A stretch of 64,000 nt of DNA, from assembly GCA_964016885.1 (NCBI GenBank), contig OZ024751.1, forward strand, positions 7,874,001-7,938,000, given 5' to 3'. The translations under genes and the position numbers were made by a program. Source of the stretch: Eledone cirrhosa. Its lineage: Eukaryota. Shown here piece after piece: positions 32,347 to 45,815 of this stretch. Every line of letters begins with the position of its first letter. The stretch's first letter is position 1. A model generated the notes under the pieces. The model worked only from the letters and a program-made list of their open reading frames with translations, was not told the origin of the DNA and did no database searches.

Positions 32347-32956
32347 TATATATATGTATGTGTGTGTGTGAATGTGTGTGTGTGTGCGTGTGTAAAAGAT
32401 AAACATTAAAAAATCAAGAAGACGGCAGAGTAAAATAATTAGTTTAACGCATATATTTGTTATCATATATAAATATGCTTTAATGAGAAATACTGCGCAG
32501 TGAGCAAATTCAATTAGATTTTCAAACCCCAATCACAACAAATGCTTTTCTATTATATTTATATATATATGTATGTATACGTACATACATATATGTATAC
32601 AGACGTACAGTAGTATGTATATAGATATATACATACATGCATGCACACATATATATATATATGTACGTATAGATTTATCGAACATTTATTATAATGCTCG
32701 GTGTGTTTCTAAACAAATATCCCGTATTAAGCCGTAGTGTCTAGCAACCATCGTTGCTCGTTTTTTCAACACTGACAAAGGAACTCTGTACTAGTTTCAA
32801 GCTTATTAGCTATCGTCAGCAACGTATACCTTTCTGCCAGATAGTTGAACATCCGAAAGTATATACTTTCCTTATGCATATTAACGGCTGAGTAGCCCAA
32901 TTTGTATATCGAGTGGGTTAAAGAGCGGGAAATGAAATTTCGTTTCATTTTTTTCC

Positions 32957-33010
<54 letters not shown>

Positions 33011-33019
33011 TTGAATACA

Positions 33020-33670
33020 TTCAGGGATTGTAACGTGGAGTTACTGTAGGTTTTGCCGGGTGAGCACTCGATGTTTAGGTTCACTTCTGTGTCGAGGTGT
33101 AGAGCTAGACAGATAGTATTATAAAATAAATTGAAGACGAGTGGTTACACTTTCATTACGTTTATTTATTGGTAACGCCAGTTTCGCCACTGACCAGCTG
33201 AAGGTTCGACGATGTATGCATGGTGGTTGTGGTGTGGAGGGGGTGATGAATGCGACATGACATTTACAATATCGAATGTTACAATGGGTTTCATGTTAAA
33301 ATATGACAGAGAAAGCAATGGTACTTCAATGAGTGATGGTGTGTTAAGGTATTGGTGATTATCCCAATTTTGAGTTCGAGCTAGGGTTTTCTTTGGCACA
33401 TGGCCGAATGTCTGTGCGGAGAAGGTATTGGTGATGTTGATGATTGTGGATGTATGGCGATGTGTTTGGTGGTGGCAGTGGGGGTGAGGAGTACGACATG
33501 ACATTTACAAGATCGGATGTTACATTGGGTTACGTGTTAGAACATGACAGAGAAAACAATGGTACTTAAATGTGGGACGTGTGGTAACGCAATGGTGATT
33601 ATCCCTATGTTGAGTTCAAGTCAGGGTTAGTCTTTGGCGGAGAAAGTCTTCTTCCTGGTGTGTCTGCAGT
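33020..33670 (-). mobile_element. Probable PLE-type 3' region with ~241-bp tandem duplication; related segment near 49925-50460
   Basis: tttcgccactga.cagct.aaggttcga is shared with ~49970. AATAAA and catcgagtgctc tail motif on minus. gacatgacatttacaa occurs at 33254 and 33495. Confidence 0.5.
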
Positions 33671-33690
33671 TTATTATTATATCTGATCTC

Positions 33691-33875
33691 GTGGCGGTGG
33701 ATTGGCAGTAACGGTAGAGGGCCATGCTTTGACGCAGAGAGTTACATCCCTTGCCATTCTGAGTTCAAATCCCGCCAAGGTTAACTTTGCCTTTCATCCT
33801 TACGGTGTCGATAACATAAAGTACCAGTAATGCACTGGATAATTGCTGACCTTGTGCCAAAATGTAGAAACAATT
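33691..33875 (+). mobile_element. SINE family 1 with probable TSD
   Basis: A/B boxes, core and tail present. ttattatatctgat(c/at)c flanks both ends. Confidence 0.88.
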
Positions 33876-34804
33876 ATTATATCTGATATCAAGTTTATGA
33901 CCGATTTCAACGTGATGATCTCGGCCGCCTCGGCCAGGATAACCTAGTGGTTCCCGACATTTGGGAATTGGGCCACGCGTCTCTTAACTGACCATTTGAT
34001 CTGGTATCCAAGGTTCTTGTCTTTGAGATCCCATATCAAGTCCGCCAGTCTGGTTTGTCCGTTCCCTTTTGTCACTTCAATTTTGGATTACCTCCTTTGT
34101 TGTAACTTTATTATGTAACACACTGTCTGAGAAGAGCATGGCACTAGCTTCTACTATATGTTCCGTAACGCTTTGTCGCCCTTGAAATATGTATAACAAC
34201 CATATCAGTAAAGGAATTTATCATCTAAACTTTGTGTTTCCTTATTCTAATAATACTCCGTCACTCCTGTGAGTAAAAATGTACGTTGAGTTCTTGAATT
34301 GATTTACATCAATATTTTTGAAATATATATATATATATATAGTGTGTGTGTGTATGTGTGCGTGTGTGTTTATGTGTGTGTGTGTTTACATGTGTGCGTG
34401 TATGTGCGTGTGTATGTGTGGGCGTGTGTGTGGGTGTGAGTATGATTGTTTGTGGGTGTGTGTCGTTAAATGAAAAATGCTGTGGTGTGTCATCTTACTC
34501 ATCAGTCGACAACCTCTGGCCAATGTGTTCGACTAAGGAGCCACAGTTTCAGTTCCATTTCTCTTACATTCTTCATTCTTATTCCCTTTCCTGAAGCTCA
34601 ATGATGTGTAATGGGTTAGTCGGTTAAATGTTCCGAAGCCATTTGTGTGTGAAAAGTACCATAAAAAAGAATTCATTGTTTTCATCATCAGAATATGAAC
34701 GATATTATCTTCAGGGTGGAGTTAAGTAAAACATCGACAATGTCTGCAAATCAGAGGAATAACAGTAATACTTATGATGCTGGTGGTGGCAGTAGTAGTG
34801 GCAA

Positions 34805-34865
<61 letters not shown>

Positions 34866-35284
34866 TGTTGTTGCTGTTGTTGTTGTTGTAGCAGCAGTGG
34901 AAGTAGCAGTAGTACTAGTAGTTGTAGTGGTATCAGCAATGTGTGTTGCAGTAGTAGTAGTGATGGTTGTCGTCGTCGTCGTCGTAGTAGTAGTATAGTA
35001 GTAGTAGTAGTTGTAGTTGTAGTAGTAGTGGCGGTAGTAGTAGTGGTAGTAACAGTAGTTATAGTATTGTTATTAGGAGTAGTAGTACTAGTAGTAGCAT
35101 TAATAATAATTGCTTTATCGGTAGTGGGTGTAGTAGTATTGGTAGACGTAGTAGCAGTAGTATTGGTTGTAGTAGTAATATTAGCAGTTGTAGTGGTGGA
35201 GGTGGCATTAGTAATAGTATTATCAGTGGTACTAGTAGCAGCAGCAGCAGCAACAGTAACAACAACAACAGCAACAATACTTAC

Positions 35285-35680
35285 AATAATTGTTTCTACT
35301 TTTGGCACAAGGCCAGCAATTATTCCAGTGTATTACTGGTACTTTATTTTATCGACCCCGTAAGGATGAAAGGCAAAGTTAACCTCGGCGGGATTTGAAC
35401 TCAGACCATAAAGAACGGTAACTCTTTGCTGCAAAGCATGGCGTCCGACCCTCTACCGATACTGCTAATCCACAATACATACAATAATTGTTTCTACTTT
35501 TGGCACAAGGCCAGCAAAATAACCAGTCTATTACTGGTACTTTATGTTATCCACCCCATATGGATGAAAGGCAAAGTTAACCTCGGCGTGATTTGAACTG
35601 AGAATGGCAAGGGCTGTAAGTCTATGCGTCAAAGCATGGCGTCCGACCCTCTACCGATACTGCCTGCCACCGCCCTCACA
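35285..35680 (-). mobile_element. Two tandem SINE family 1 copies
   Basis: aattgtttctacttttggcacaaggccagc...ggatgaaaggcaaagttaacctcggcg.gatttgaact occurs at ~35288 and ~35486. Confidence 0.9.
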
Positions 35681-35969
35681 ATAATTGCAATAATAAACGT
35701 GATACTGAAATACCAAGAAAGCTAATTGAAAAGATCAAGATATTTAAACGAAGAATTTTGAAAGAAAAAATAATGAGAAAAAAAACCGGAATCTTGAGGG
35801 ACTATTGAAGAAGAGGGCGGAATAAACGAGATTCCATCGATTCATCGCTCTGTGAATCTTTCAGATTTTGATTCAATTTGAAAAATAGCCTGAGGTAGCA
35901 GATATTCCATTTCAGTCGTTCTTTGTTCTTTAACATGTATTTCATTGTCTCAGCATAGCGTTTCCTGAT

Positions 35970-36066
35970 ACTGTTGTTGGTGTTGTTGTTGTTGTTGTTG
36001 TTGTTGTTTTTGTTGTTGTTGTTGTTGGTTTTGGTGTTGTTGTTGTTGTTGCTGCTGCTGTTGATT

Positions 36067-36103
<37 letters not shown>

Positions 36104-37507
36104 GCTGTTGTTGTTGTTGTTGTTGTTGTTGTTGCTGCTGCTATTGCTGTTGTTACAATTGTTGTTGTTACTGCTGGTTCTGCTGTTGTTGTTGTTGCTG
36201 TTATTGCTGTTGTCGTCGTAGTTGTTGCTGCTATTGTTGTTGTTACCATTATTGTTGTTATTGTTGTTGCTGTTCACTGCTGGTCATGTTGTTGTTGTTG
36301 TCGCTGCTGCTGTTGGTGTTGTAGTTGTAGTTGTTGCTGCCGTTGTTGTTGTTGTAGTTGTTGTTGGTGCTGCTATTGCTGCCGTTACCGTTGTTGTTAT
36401 TACTGCTGGCTCTGTTGTTTTGGCTGTTGCTGTTATTGTTGTTGTCGTTGTGGTTGATGTTGCTGTTGTTGTTGTCGTCGTTGTAGTAGATGTTGTTGTT
36501 GTTGTCGTCGTTCGAGTATATGTTGTTGTTGTTGCTGTTGTTGTTGTTGCTGTTGTTGTTATTGATGTTGTTGTAGTTGGTGTTGTTGTTGTTGCTGTTG
36601 TCGTTGTAGTTGTTGTTGCTATTTTTGTTGTTACTGCTGGTTCTTTTGTTGTTGTTGCTGTTATTGATGTCGTCGTTGTGGCTGTTGCTGCTATTGTTGT
36701 TGTTACCATTGTTGTTGTTAATGTTGTTGCTGTTCACTGCTGGTTCTGTTGTTGTTGTTGCTGTTGTTGTTGTTGTTGTAGTCGTTGTCGTTGCTGCTAT
36801 TGTTGCTGTTACTATTGTTGTTGTTATTGTTGTTGCTGTTACTGATGTCATTTTGTTGGTGTTGTTGTTGTTGTTGTTGTTGTTATTGTCGCTGTAGTTG
36901 TTGTTACTATTGTTGTTACCATTGTTGTCGTTAGTGCTGTGGTTGCTACTGCTGCTTCTGTTGCTGTTGTTGCTGTTGTTGTCGTTGGTGTTGTTATTGC
37001 AGTTGTTGTTGCTTTCGATTTAATTTTTTTTTGTTGTCATTACTGCATCTAGTGCCGCGTGTTTTGCAGTTGTTGTTGTTGTAGTTGTTGATGTTGATTT
37101 GTTGTTTTAGTTGTTGTTGCTGTTGTTGCTGTTGTATTGCTCTTACACCTGCTTCTGGTGCAGTCGTTGCTCTTGTTGTTGTTTTTGTTGTTGTTGTTGT
37201 TGTTCTAACTTCATTTATTTCACTCAGAACTGTTGTTTCTCTCAACACGTCTTTTTCAGTTGTTGTTACTGTTGTTGTTATTGTCGTTGTTGTTGTTGTT
37301 GATGTATTGTTGCTACTGCTGATTATTATTTTACTCTTTTACCTGTTCCAGCAATCCGGCTGAGGCCATGCTGGGGCACCGCTCTTCTAATTATATTACA
37401 GATGTTGTAACTGTATTTATTTCACTCAGAACTGCCGTTTCTACCACCGAGTTTATTGCAGTTGTTGTTAGTGTCGTTGTTATTGTTGTTGTTGTTGTTG
37501 CTGTAGC

Positions 37508-37546
<39 letters not shown>

Positions 37547-38690
37547 GTGGTTGCTACTGCTCTTTCTGTAGCAGTTGTTGTTATTATTTGTTGTTGTTTT
37601 CGTTATTGTTGTGCTGTTGTTGTCGTTATTGTTGTGCTGGTGTTGCCGTTGTTGTTGTTGTCATTGTTGTGATGTTGTTGTTGTTGCTGTTGCCGTTACT
37701 GCTCGTTCTGGTTCACCTTTTGTTATTGATGTTGTTGTTACTGTTGTTGTTTCTACTGCGTTGTTACTAATGTGATGTTACTGCTGTTGTTGTCACTGCT
37801 GATTTGTTGCTGTTGTTGTTACTGGCGTTGTTTTTACTACTGTGTTGTTACTGCTGATGTGTTGCTGTTGTTGTCACTGCGGTTGTTGTTACTGAGATTG
37901 TTGTTACTGCTGCGTTGTTACTGCTGCTGTTACTGCTGTTGGTGTTACTGCTGATTTGTTGCTGATGTGACTGGTGATGTGTTGCTGTTGTTGTCACTGC
38001 TGTTGTTGTTACTGTGTTGTTGTTACTACTGTGTTGTTACTGCTGTTGTCACTGTTCTTGTTGTGACTGCTTATTTGTTGCTGTTGTGCTCACTGCTGTT
38101 ATTGTTACTGTTTTTGTTTTTACTACTATGTTGTTACTGCTGATGTTGTTACTGTTGCTGCTGTGACTGCTGATTTGTTGCTGTTGTTGTCACTGCTGTT
38201 GTTGTTAGTACTGTGTTGTTACTGCTGTTGTTACTGTTGTAGGTGTGACTGCTTATTTGTTGCTGTTGTTGTCACTGATGTTATTGTTACTGCTGTTGTT
38301 TTTACTAGTGTTGTTACTGCTGTTGTTACTGTTGTTGTTGTCACTGCTGTTGTTGTTATTGGTGTTGTTTTTACTACTGTGTTGTTACTGCTGTGTTGTT
38401 ACTCGTGTTGTTACTTCGGATGTTGTTACTGTTGCTGCTGCGTCTGCTTATTTGTTGCTGTTGTTGTCACTGCTGTTATTGTTACTGGTGTTGTTTTTAC
38501 TACAGGGTTGTTACTGCTGTTGTCACTGCTGTTGTTGTCACTGCTGTTGTTGTTATTGATGTTGTTTTTACTACTGTGTTATTACTGCTGAGTTGTTACT
38601 GCTGTTGTTACTGCTGGTGTTGTTACTGCTGCTGTTGTGACTGCTGATTTGTTGCTGTTGTTGTCACTGCTAATTCTGTTTCACTGGTTG
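35970..38690. repeat. 2.7-kb (GTT/GCT/ACT)n cryptic trinucleotide region with higher-order sub-repeats
   Basis: Direct reading. Repeated blocks tactgctggttc, tttatttcactcagaactg (37195, 37416) and a gttgtcactgctg minisatellite. Confidence 0.95.
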
Positions 38691-38715
38691 TTGGTTTTGT
38701 TAGTGCACTTTATGT

Positions 38716-38935
38716 GAAGGCGTGTGGCTGAGTGGTTAGAGAATTGGATTCGCAATCGTAAGGTTGTGAGTTCGATTTCTGGACCAGGCGATGTGTTATG
38801 TCCTTGAGCAAGACACTTTATTTCACGTTGCTCCTTCTACCTGGAGTTCCGACCGATATATAGTATTAGCAATTGGAAAGACCAACGGAAACATTGTTCC
38901 CTCGGTCCGATTTGACGAAAAGTCGATCGTTCCTT
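38716..38935 (+). mobile_element. tRNA-derived SINE family 2
   Basis: A box tggctgagtggt, B box gagttcgattt, then tgtccttgagcaagacactttatttcac. Reverse copy at 54800-55003. Confidence 0.85.
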
Positions 38936-39543
38936 TATGTTACAGTTATTGTTGTTGCTACTGATATTGATGCATTGTTACATATATTGCATGCAGCTGT
39001 TGTTGTTGTTATAGGTAACAGGTGATTCTCTTACAGTCGTATATCCTGCTGCTGTTCCAAAGTATATTGCAGTTGCTGTTGTTTCTACAACTGATGCACT
39101 TATGCAGACATTGTTTGTGTTTTTGTTACTGCTTTTGATACACATTTCGCAGTGCGTCTGCAGTTCTTATTTCTCTTGTCATTGTAGTTACTGTTGTTGA
39201 TTGATGTTGCAGCTGTTCCTTCAGTTATTCTTTACTGCTACTGTTGCTCTTTCTGTGTATATTTTTATAAAAAGTTGTTGATGTTATTGTTGTTACCACT
39301 ACATATGTTGCAGATATTACTACTGCTACTACTACTAATATTTATGTTGCCGTTGTTGTTATTGGTATTTGATATAGTTGTTATTGTTATTGTCATTGTT
39401 ATTGTCACAGGAAATTCTAACAATGATGGAGTCGATGGTTTTACCCTTTTTTTTTCTTAAAATTGCTGATGTTGGAGGATATTTTATTAAACATATAGTA
39501 GTAATAATAGTTATTGTAGTGGGATCATCAGTAGTAGTAAATA

Positions 39544-39618
<75 letters not shown>

Positions 39619-40164
39619 CAGTAGCCGTTGTTGATCATTTGTTGTTGCTATTGTTGTTGCTATTGTGGTGGTGGTGGTGGCGGTCGCGGTGGTAGTAGTA
39701 GTAGCAGCAGAAGCAGCAGAAATAATACAAGTAATAGTAGTAGTAGTAGTAGTAGTAGTAGTAGCAGTAGTAGTAGTAGTAAGTGTTGTTGCTCTTTTTG
39801 CTGCTGTTGCTGCTTTAGCTGATCTTATATAGGAAACGGTAGTCATGCGAAATCAAAGCTTGTATTCTAATCTCAAAGTCTAATTGAAATGAGTTACTTT
39901 TTTTATTTTGTATTTTTTATGTTTGTATTAATTTTATTTTCTGAATCTCTTTTATCTGATATCATACCTAATTTAGGAAGATTGGATTTTGCTTTCAAAA
40001 CAATCAACAGATAGAATATGATATTATTTTACGAACGCATTTATGGACGTGTGCACAAATAAATTTATATAGCGCTACATACAAGTATATTTATGCACAT
40101 GTATACATACATATATACTTACATACATGAATAGAAACATAAATGCGTACTCACACACACACAC

Positions 40165-40270
<106 letters not shown>

Positions 40271-40622
40271 GTATTTATACATTTTAATCATCTCATTTAA
40301 TTTTTTTTTTAGTATATTCAACAAAATTAACGGCAGCATACTGTAGTTCAGCAAGAATAAATATACTAATACTGCAGCACTGTAGCATTGGTGCATTTTA
40401 TTCTTCAATGTTTACCTCCCTAATGCAAGGGATTTACTACGTATGTCACCCCCACACGACATCAGAATAGTGTATCAAGTTATGGCGAATGTGGTAATTG
40501 AATTTATTTCCCTCATGTAGTAACAATATAACAAGGGTCAAACACACATCTATAACAATATATCTGTCTATTCTATATATCTGTCTTTTTATCTATCTAA
40601 CTATATATACATATATATATAT

Positions 40623-42794
40623 ATGACCACCCCCTCTCCGCACCTGAGCGCTCACTCCTTCGTAGAGGCCTTCGCTTCATACCCCACACTCCGCACAGCG
40701 ACGTGTTCCGCACCCGAACGGAAGTCGAGCGATTCGTGCGACGCACGAAGCTACAGGCACATTTCGGCCGAACGCCACAGGCTCCGGACACCCCAGACCC
40801 GTTTCTCGCACTGGGCCGACGACCATCTTCTTGGACGCCGGCCCCAGGGCAATTTAGCACCCTGGACGCGTTCGTCGATGCCAGCCGTAGCGCCGTAAAT
40901 CGTTTCGACTTGCGCCACCGTTCCAAACGGAATAATATCTCACGGGACAAACTCCTCTCTTTCCGCTCCCTCCGTAGCCGAGATGACATCGTCATCAAAC
41001 CGGCGGACAAGGGAGGCGCCGTGGTGGTGTGGCGCGAGGACCTCTACACGGCCGAAGCCCTCAGACAGCTCCGTAACCCCCTCTTCTACCGCCCTCTACC
41101 CTCCGATCCCACACCACTCTACCAACGACAAGTTTCCTCCACCATCCAACACAGTGTCTCCTCCTTCCTCCTCCCCCACCGCTTCCCACATCATCGTCCG
41201 CACCCCCCGCACCCCCACCATCTACTTCCTCCCCAAACTCCACAAACCCGACAACCCCGGCCGCCCCATCGTCTCCGCTTGCAACTGCCCCACCAAACTC
41301 ATCTCCGCCTTTCTCGACTCCATCCTCTCCCCCCTTGTCACCACCCTCCCCTCCCACATATCCGACACCAACCACGCCCTGCGCCTTTTCGACTCCTTCA
41401 CCTACCCACCCGGCCCACAGCCCTTCCTCTTCACCCTAGACATCAAGTCCCTCTATACCGTCATCCCCCACGCCGACGGCCTACGCGCCCTCAAACACTA
41501 CCTCGACCTTCGCCCCTCCCCCATTCCCTCCACCCCACCCTCCTTCGCCACGCCGAGCTGGTCCGCACCCTGAATTGTTTCTCCTTCTCGGGTGAGTTTT
41601 ACCAACAGCCCACGGGGGTAGCCATGGGTACAAGAATGGGCCCGAACTATGCCAATCTTTTTGTTCGCCATGTTGAGGCCCAAATATTTGCCCAGTACAC
41701 CGGCCCCACGCCCGAACTGTACGGTCGTTACATCGACGACTCTATCGGATCCACGACCCTCACCCGAGAACAGCTCGACTCCTTTCTCTCCTTCTTCTGC
41801 TCCTTCCACCCCTCCCTCCACTTCACCACCTCTATCTCCACCACCCACGTCCACTTTTTAGACATCTCCGTCGCCTTCGACCCCTCCCACCACTCCCTCG
41901 TCACCTCCGCCTTCTTCAAACCCACCGACTCCCACTCTTACCTCGACTTCACCTCTTCCCACCCCACACACACTAAACACTCTATACCCTACTCCCAACT
42001 CCTCAGGATCCGCCGCCTCTGTAGCCGAGATGCCGACTTCGAGACCCAGGCCCTTTCCCTGTCAGCCATTTCATCCGCAGAGGTTACCCCTCTCTCTCTC
42101 GTCCACACCGCTCTCACCCGCGCCCGTGCTGTCCACCGCTCTACCACCCTCACCCCACGCCACCGCACACCCACCGTCTCCCCTTCCCCATCACCTACCA
42201 CCCCTCCACCTTACCCATCCAGCGCACCATCCGCCACCTCTTCCGACGCCTCCAATCCGACCCCTCCACATCCCACATCTTACCAGCCCCACCACTCCCC
42301 TCCTTCAAACGCGCACGCAATCTCCGCACCCTCCTCGTCCACAGCACTCTACCCCTAACCCACGCTCCCCCCCCCCGGTTACTTTCCCTCTTCTAGGCCC
42401 CGCTGCAACACCTGTCCCCACATCACCAACACCACCATCTTCCAGAGTCCCAACGGCCACTCTCTCTCTCTCCGGCATGCCTTCCGCTGCACCTCCTCCA
42501 ACATAGTGTACGTAGTTTGCTGCACTTGAGTGCAGCACGACTTACGTCGGACAGACTGGGCGTCGCCTGGCGGACAGATTCACTGAGCACCTCCGGAATA
42601 TTCGTCTCGGTTGTAGTTCCCCCATCGCCCGCCACTTTGGTGCCCCTGGACATTCCGCACGCCATCTCACAGTCTGTGGCCTACTCCAATGCCACGGAAC
42701 ACCCTCCAATCTCCTCAGAATTGAACAAAGAACCATCTTTAGCTTACAGACCCACACTCCCCCAGGCCTGAACTCCCCACCCTTATTCCTTTAG
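40623..42794 (+). pseudogene. PLE reverse transcriptase - GIY-YIG endonuclease polyprotein, several frameshifts
   Basis: IVIKPADKGGAVVVW; YFLPKLHKPDNPGRPIVS; TLDIKSLYTVIP; GVAMGTRMGPNYANLF; RYIDD; FLDI; KPTDSHSYLDFTSSHP; linker RPRCNTCPH; NIVYVVCC..C...YVGQTGRRLADRFTEH...IARHF...H...RIEQRTIFSLQTHTPPGLN; stop at 42792-42794. Confidence 0.95.
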
Positions 42795-44195
42795 CATTCG
42801 ACCCCCTCCCTCCCACACACATCCCCCGCTAACACCACTAACACACACCTTCTTTTCACCGCCCACCCCACAACTAACAATACTAACGCCTCTACTCCAC
42901 CTCACATCCGACCACCCTTCCCCAACTAACATACTAACATCCCTCCCTTCTTCTCCTCTCCCCCTCCTTATCACACGCACACACCCACCGGCACATATAT
43001 AAAAGCGTTCACACTAAACACACACCCTAATACCACCACTAACCCTCACCCATACACATCCACCCCACCATCCCGCAACTAACATCACTAACACCCCCTG
43101 ACCCCAAGCACACGAACACACGCACCCACTTACACCAACCACCCTACACGCAACTAACATCACTAACAACCCCCAACCTCACGCACACGTACACACACAT
43201 CCTCTTACACCACCAACTCTACACACCCTATCACCAGTGACCCCCACTCACACCCGCATTCAACCCTTTCTCCACCTCCTGTATACTAACACCCACTAAC
43301 ACCCCCTTCATCAAACTACACACACATCAGTACACCTCACTCCCTCCATCGACCCCCACACCCTTCTCTCCCCTCTCAACCCACACCCTTTCTCAAACAC
43401 TCACTCAACCCACTAACAACTCTACTAATACACACACACCCCTTCCTCACTCCAACATTCACACCTACCCATCCTCGCCCCTTTACCATTCCACCCGACT
43501 CCTGCTATGCCTTCTGACCACCTCCCAGCACACACAGACACACAGCACTCCTACTGCCTTGACCACTTCCTGTTGCACGCGCACCCCACATCTACTCTCT
43601 TCCGACCAATCTCTTCACGGATTACTCGTATGTGGACCTTGACCGTGGAATCAACTACCATCCTAGGATTTTACCAACCATTCTACCACATCTTCTTACG
43701 GAATCACCTTTACGACTCACCCACACACACACCTCCAAAACATTTTTTTTCCCACACGCCACCTACACCCACAACACGCTTAAACACCACACACACACAC
43801 ACACGTGCGTCCCACCACATATTTACACATTCAGCTTCCGGATTCCTCTCAACCCACCCCTCTATCCACACACGCACACACACTCCGACCTACACCCCAC
43901 CTCTTCCTGAACATGCAACCCCGTTCTTCCCCCAACCCTTGCATTCACATACACACACACGTACACATACACACACACACCGCCTTCAGCCCTCCCCGCT
44001 CCACCCGCCACCACCCCTACACGCTCCACATCCTTCCAACACCTGTTTTACTACAGTTTTATTTTATTTTGATCATGCTTTTATTTTTATTTTTATTTTT
44101 ATTTTCATTTCCACCGTTTCCTCCCACCCCTTTTTGATACATGCCTCTCCACCACTCCCCTACACACCCTTTGAACTCTCTTCCCACACACTTTT

Positions 44196-44230
44196 CACCT
44201 GAAGAAGGGCTTCTGCCCGAAACGTCGTTG
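44196..44230 (+). ncRNA. Minimal type I hammerhead ribozyme of the PLE
   Basis: CTGAAGA-agggc-ttct-gccc-GAAACGTC with palindromic ACGT stem III, typical of PLE minimal HHRs. Stem I is weak. Confidence 0.75.
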
Positions 44231-44313
44231 CCCACCACCACCCCAATCTCAAAGCGTGAAATTAATAAACATTCGTTGTACTTCCTCTCTGTTTTGTTCC
44301 TGTTCAAATTTTC

Positions 44314-44362
<49 letters not shown>

Positions 44363-44380
44363 CGTGTGTGTGTGTGTGTG

Positions 44381-44458
<78 letters not shown>

Positions 44459-44496
44459 TGTGTGTGTGTGCGTGTGTGTGTGTGAGTGTCCCAACG

Positions 44497-44652
44497 CTCT
44501 GATACCATCAACACTATAAACACAGAGCTGGCATATCTAACAACTGACTAACTGCCTGATGTGGTCATAGCCATTCAATGGTTATCATAGTGATATATAT
44601 ATAGCAGTAAATAAAGGATTATGAGTTCATGCAATTGACTTATGTTTCGTCA
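44497..44652 (+). mobile_element. Family D copy with inactivated HHR core
   Basis: Aligns to 18500-18655. CTGATGA has become CTGATGT and CGAAA has become GTGATA. Confidence 0.85.
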
Positions 44653-45340
44653 ATATATATATATATATATATATACCCAATCCTATTATTTTACGCACCA
44701 CTGTCTGCCTTATTAAGACTTTACTATTTAAAGCGATCTGCATGGATTGAATTCGTTTTCTATGGTAACAATTCTAAATTCCTGAATGTCAAACCCACAT
44801 TATCATTCAGCTTTGCATGTAGCAGACTGATGCTTGCTTTATTTTTAAAAAAATCAATTTCATTGTACAGAAAGAGGAAATTTCTTATAAATTATGAAAT
44901 CCGTTGCAGCCAGGAAACACGTAACAAGATGTGTAGGATTTTAATGTGGAATTTCCGAACATTCATCCGAGAAATTATTGGAAAGAGAATCTATAAATTA
45001 TAACACCATATATTCTAAAAGTAACTGTTATGTGCATATTTCGTAATTTCGTAATGTTTTTTTTTTTTTGAAATTGAAAACGAAAAGTGCTGTTACTATT
45101 TTACATACAATTATAACTTCTCATAAAAAAATATACTAATTTAATATCATTCAGTGGAACATTTCGAGTATTTTCTACTCATATTTATCGAATATAATAA
45201 TAACATTATTATAGTAAATTGATATATTTGGAAAAGATGAAGGACGAGATCACAGTACTATATATTTGTATTACCAATTCACACATCACACGATGTAGAG
45301 ATATATTTACTACCCGACAAATATTATAAATACAAAGAAA

Positions 45341-45406
<66 letters not shown>

Positions 45407-45781
45407 ATTCACGTACGTGTACGTAGTAACGTATGTCTCCACGTATTTACCACATACTCAAACACGTACGCGTATACGTACATCTATATCTAGCTATCTA
45501 TCTATCTGATGTATATTGTTGATATACGATATAAGTTATATTTTGCACTCAGCCTCACCTCTATGACCGCTTCAGTATAAAATCTTTTCCTGGGTCCTGT
45601 ATTTTCGTTGCTCTGGTGATGCGGCTGGACTACCGACCGCTATATCTGATTAGCTAAGCTGTCTGAACGTAATGTTATTACTCTGGGGTCTTTCCTCATC
45701 TGAGTGCTCAAGCTCCAGACCGATTATGCATATACGCTAGCTTAACCGTATTCTAAAGCTTGTCAATACTGTAGTAAAATG

Positions 45782-45815
<34 letters not shown>

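Larger units (their letters stand above)
40623..44316 (+). mobile_element. Penelope-like element (Neptune-like), 5'-truncated, long C-rich 3' UTR with HHR, inserted in (TA)n
   Basis: RT + GIY-YIG coding region, HHR at 44196-44230, AATAAA at ~44264, TA tracts at both ends. Confidence 0.92.

Noticed and set aside
34120-34200. Hammerhead ctgagaag...gaaatatgtata
   Set aside because: Core breaks the 3:8 pair and stem II is unconvincing; at most a decayed relic. The same applies to ~8212-8250.
38716-38790. tRNA gene
   Set aside because: A/B boxes run into a SINE body that is repeated at 54800-55003; no clean cloverleaf.
42520-42535. In-frame TGA in GIY-YIG domain as selenocysteine
   Set aside because: The downstream YVGQTG motif is in another frame, so this is a frameshift rather than read-through; no SECIS recognised.
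41061-42980. Gly/Val-rich minus-strand ORFs
   Set aside because: Antisense shadows of the C-rich PLE coding region.
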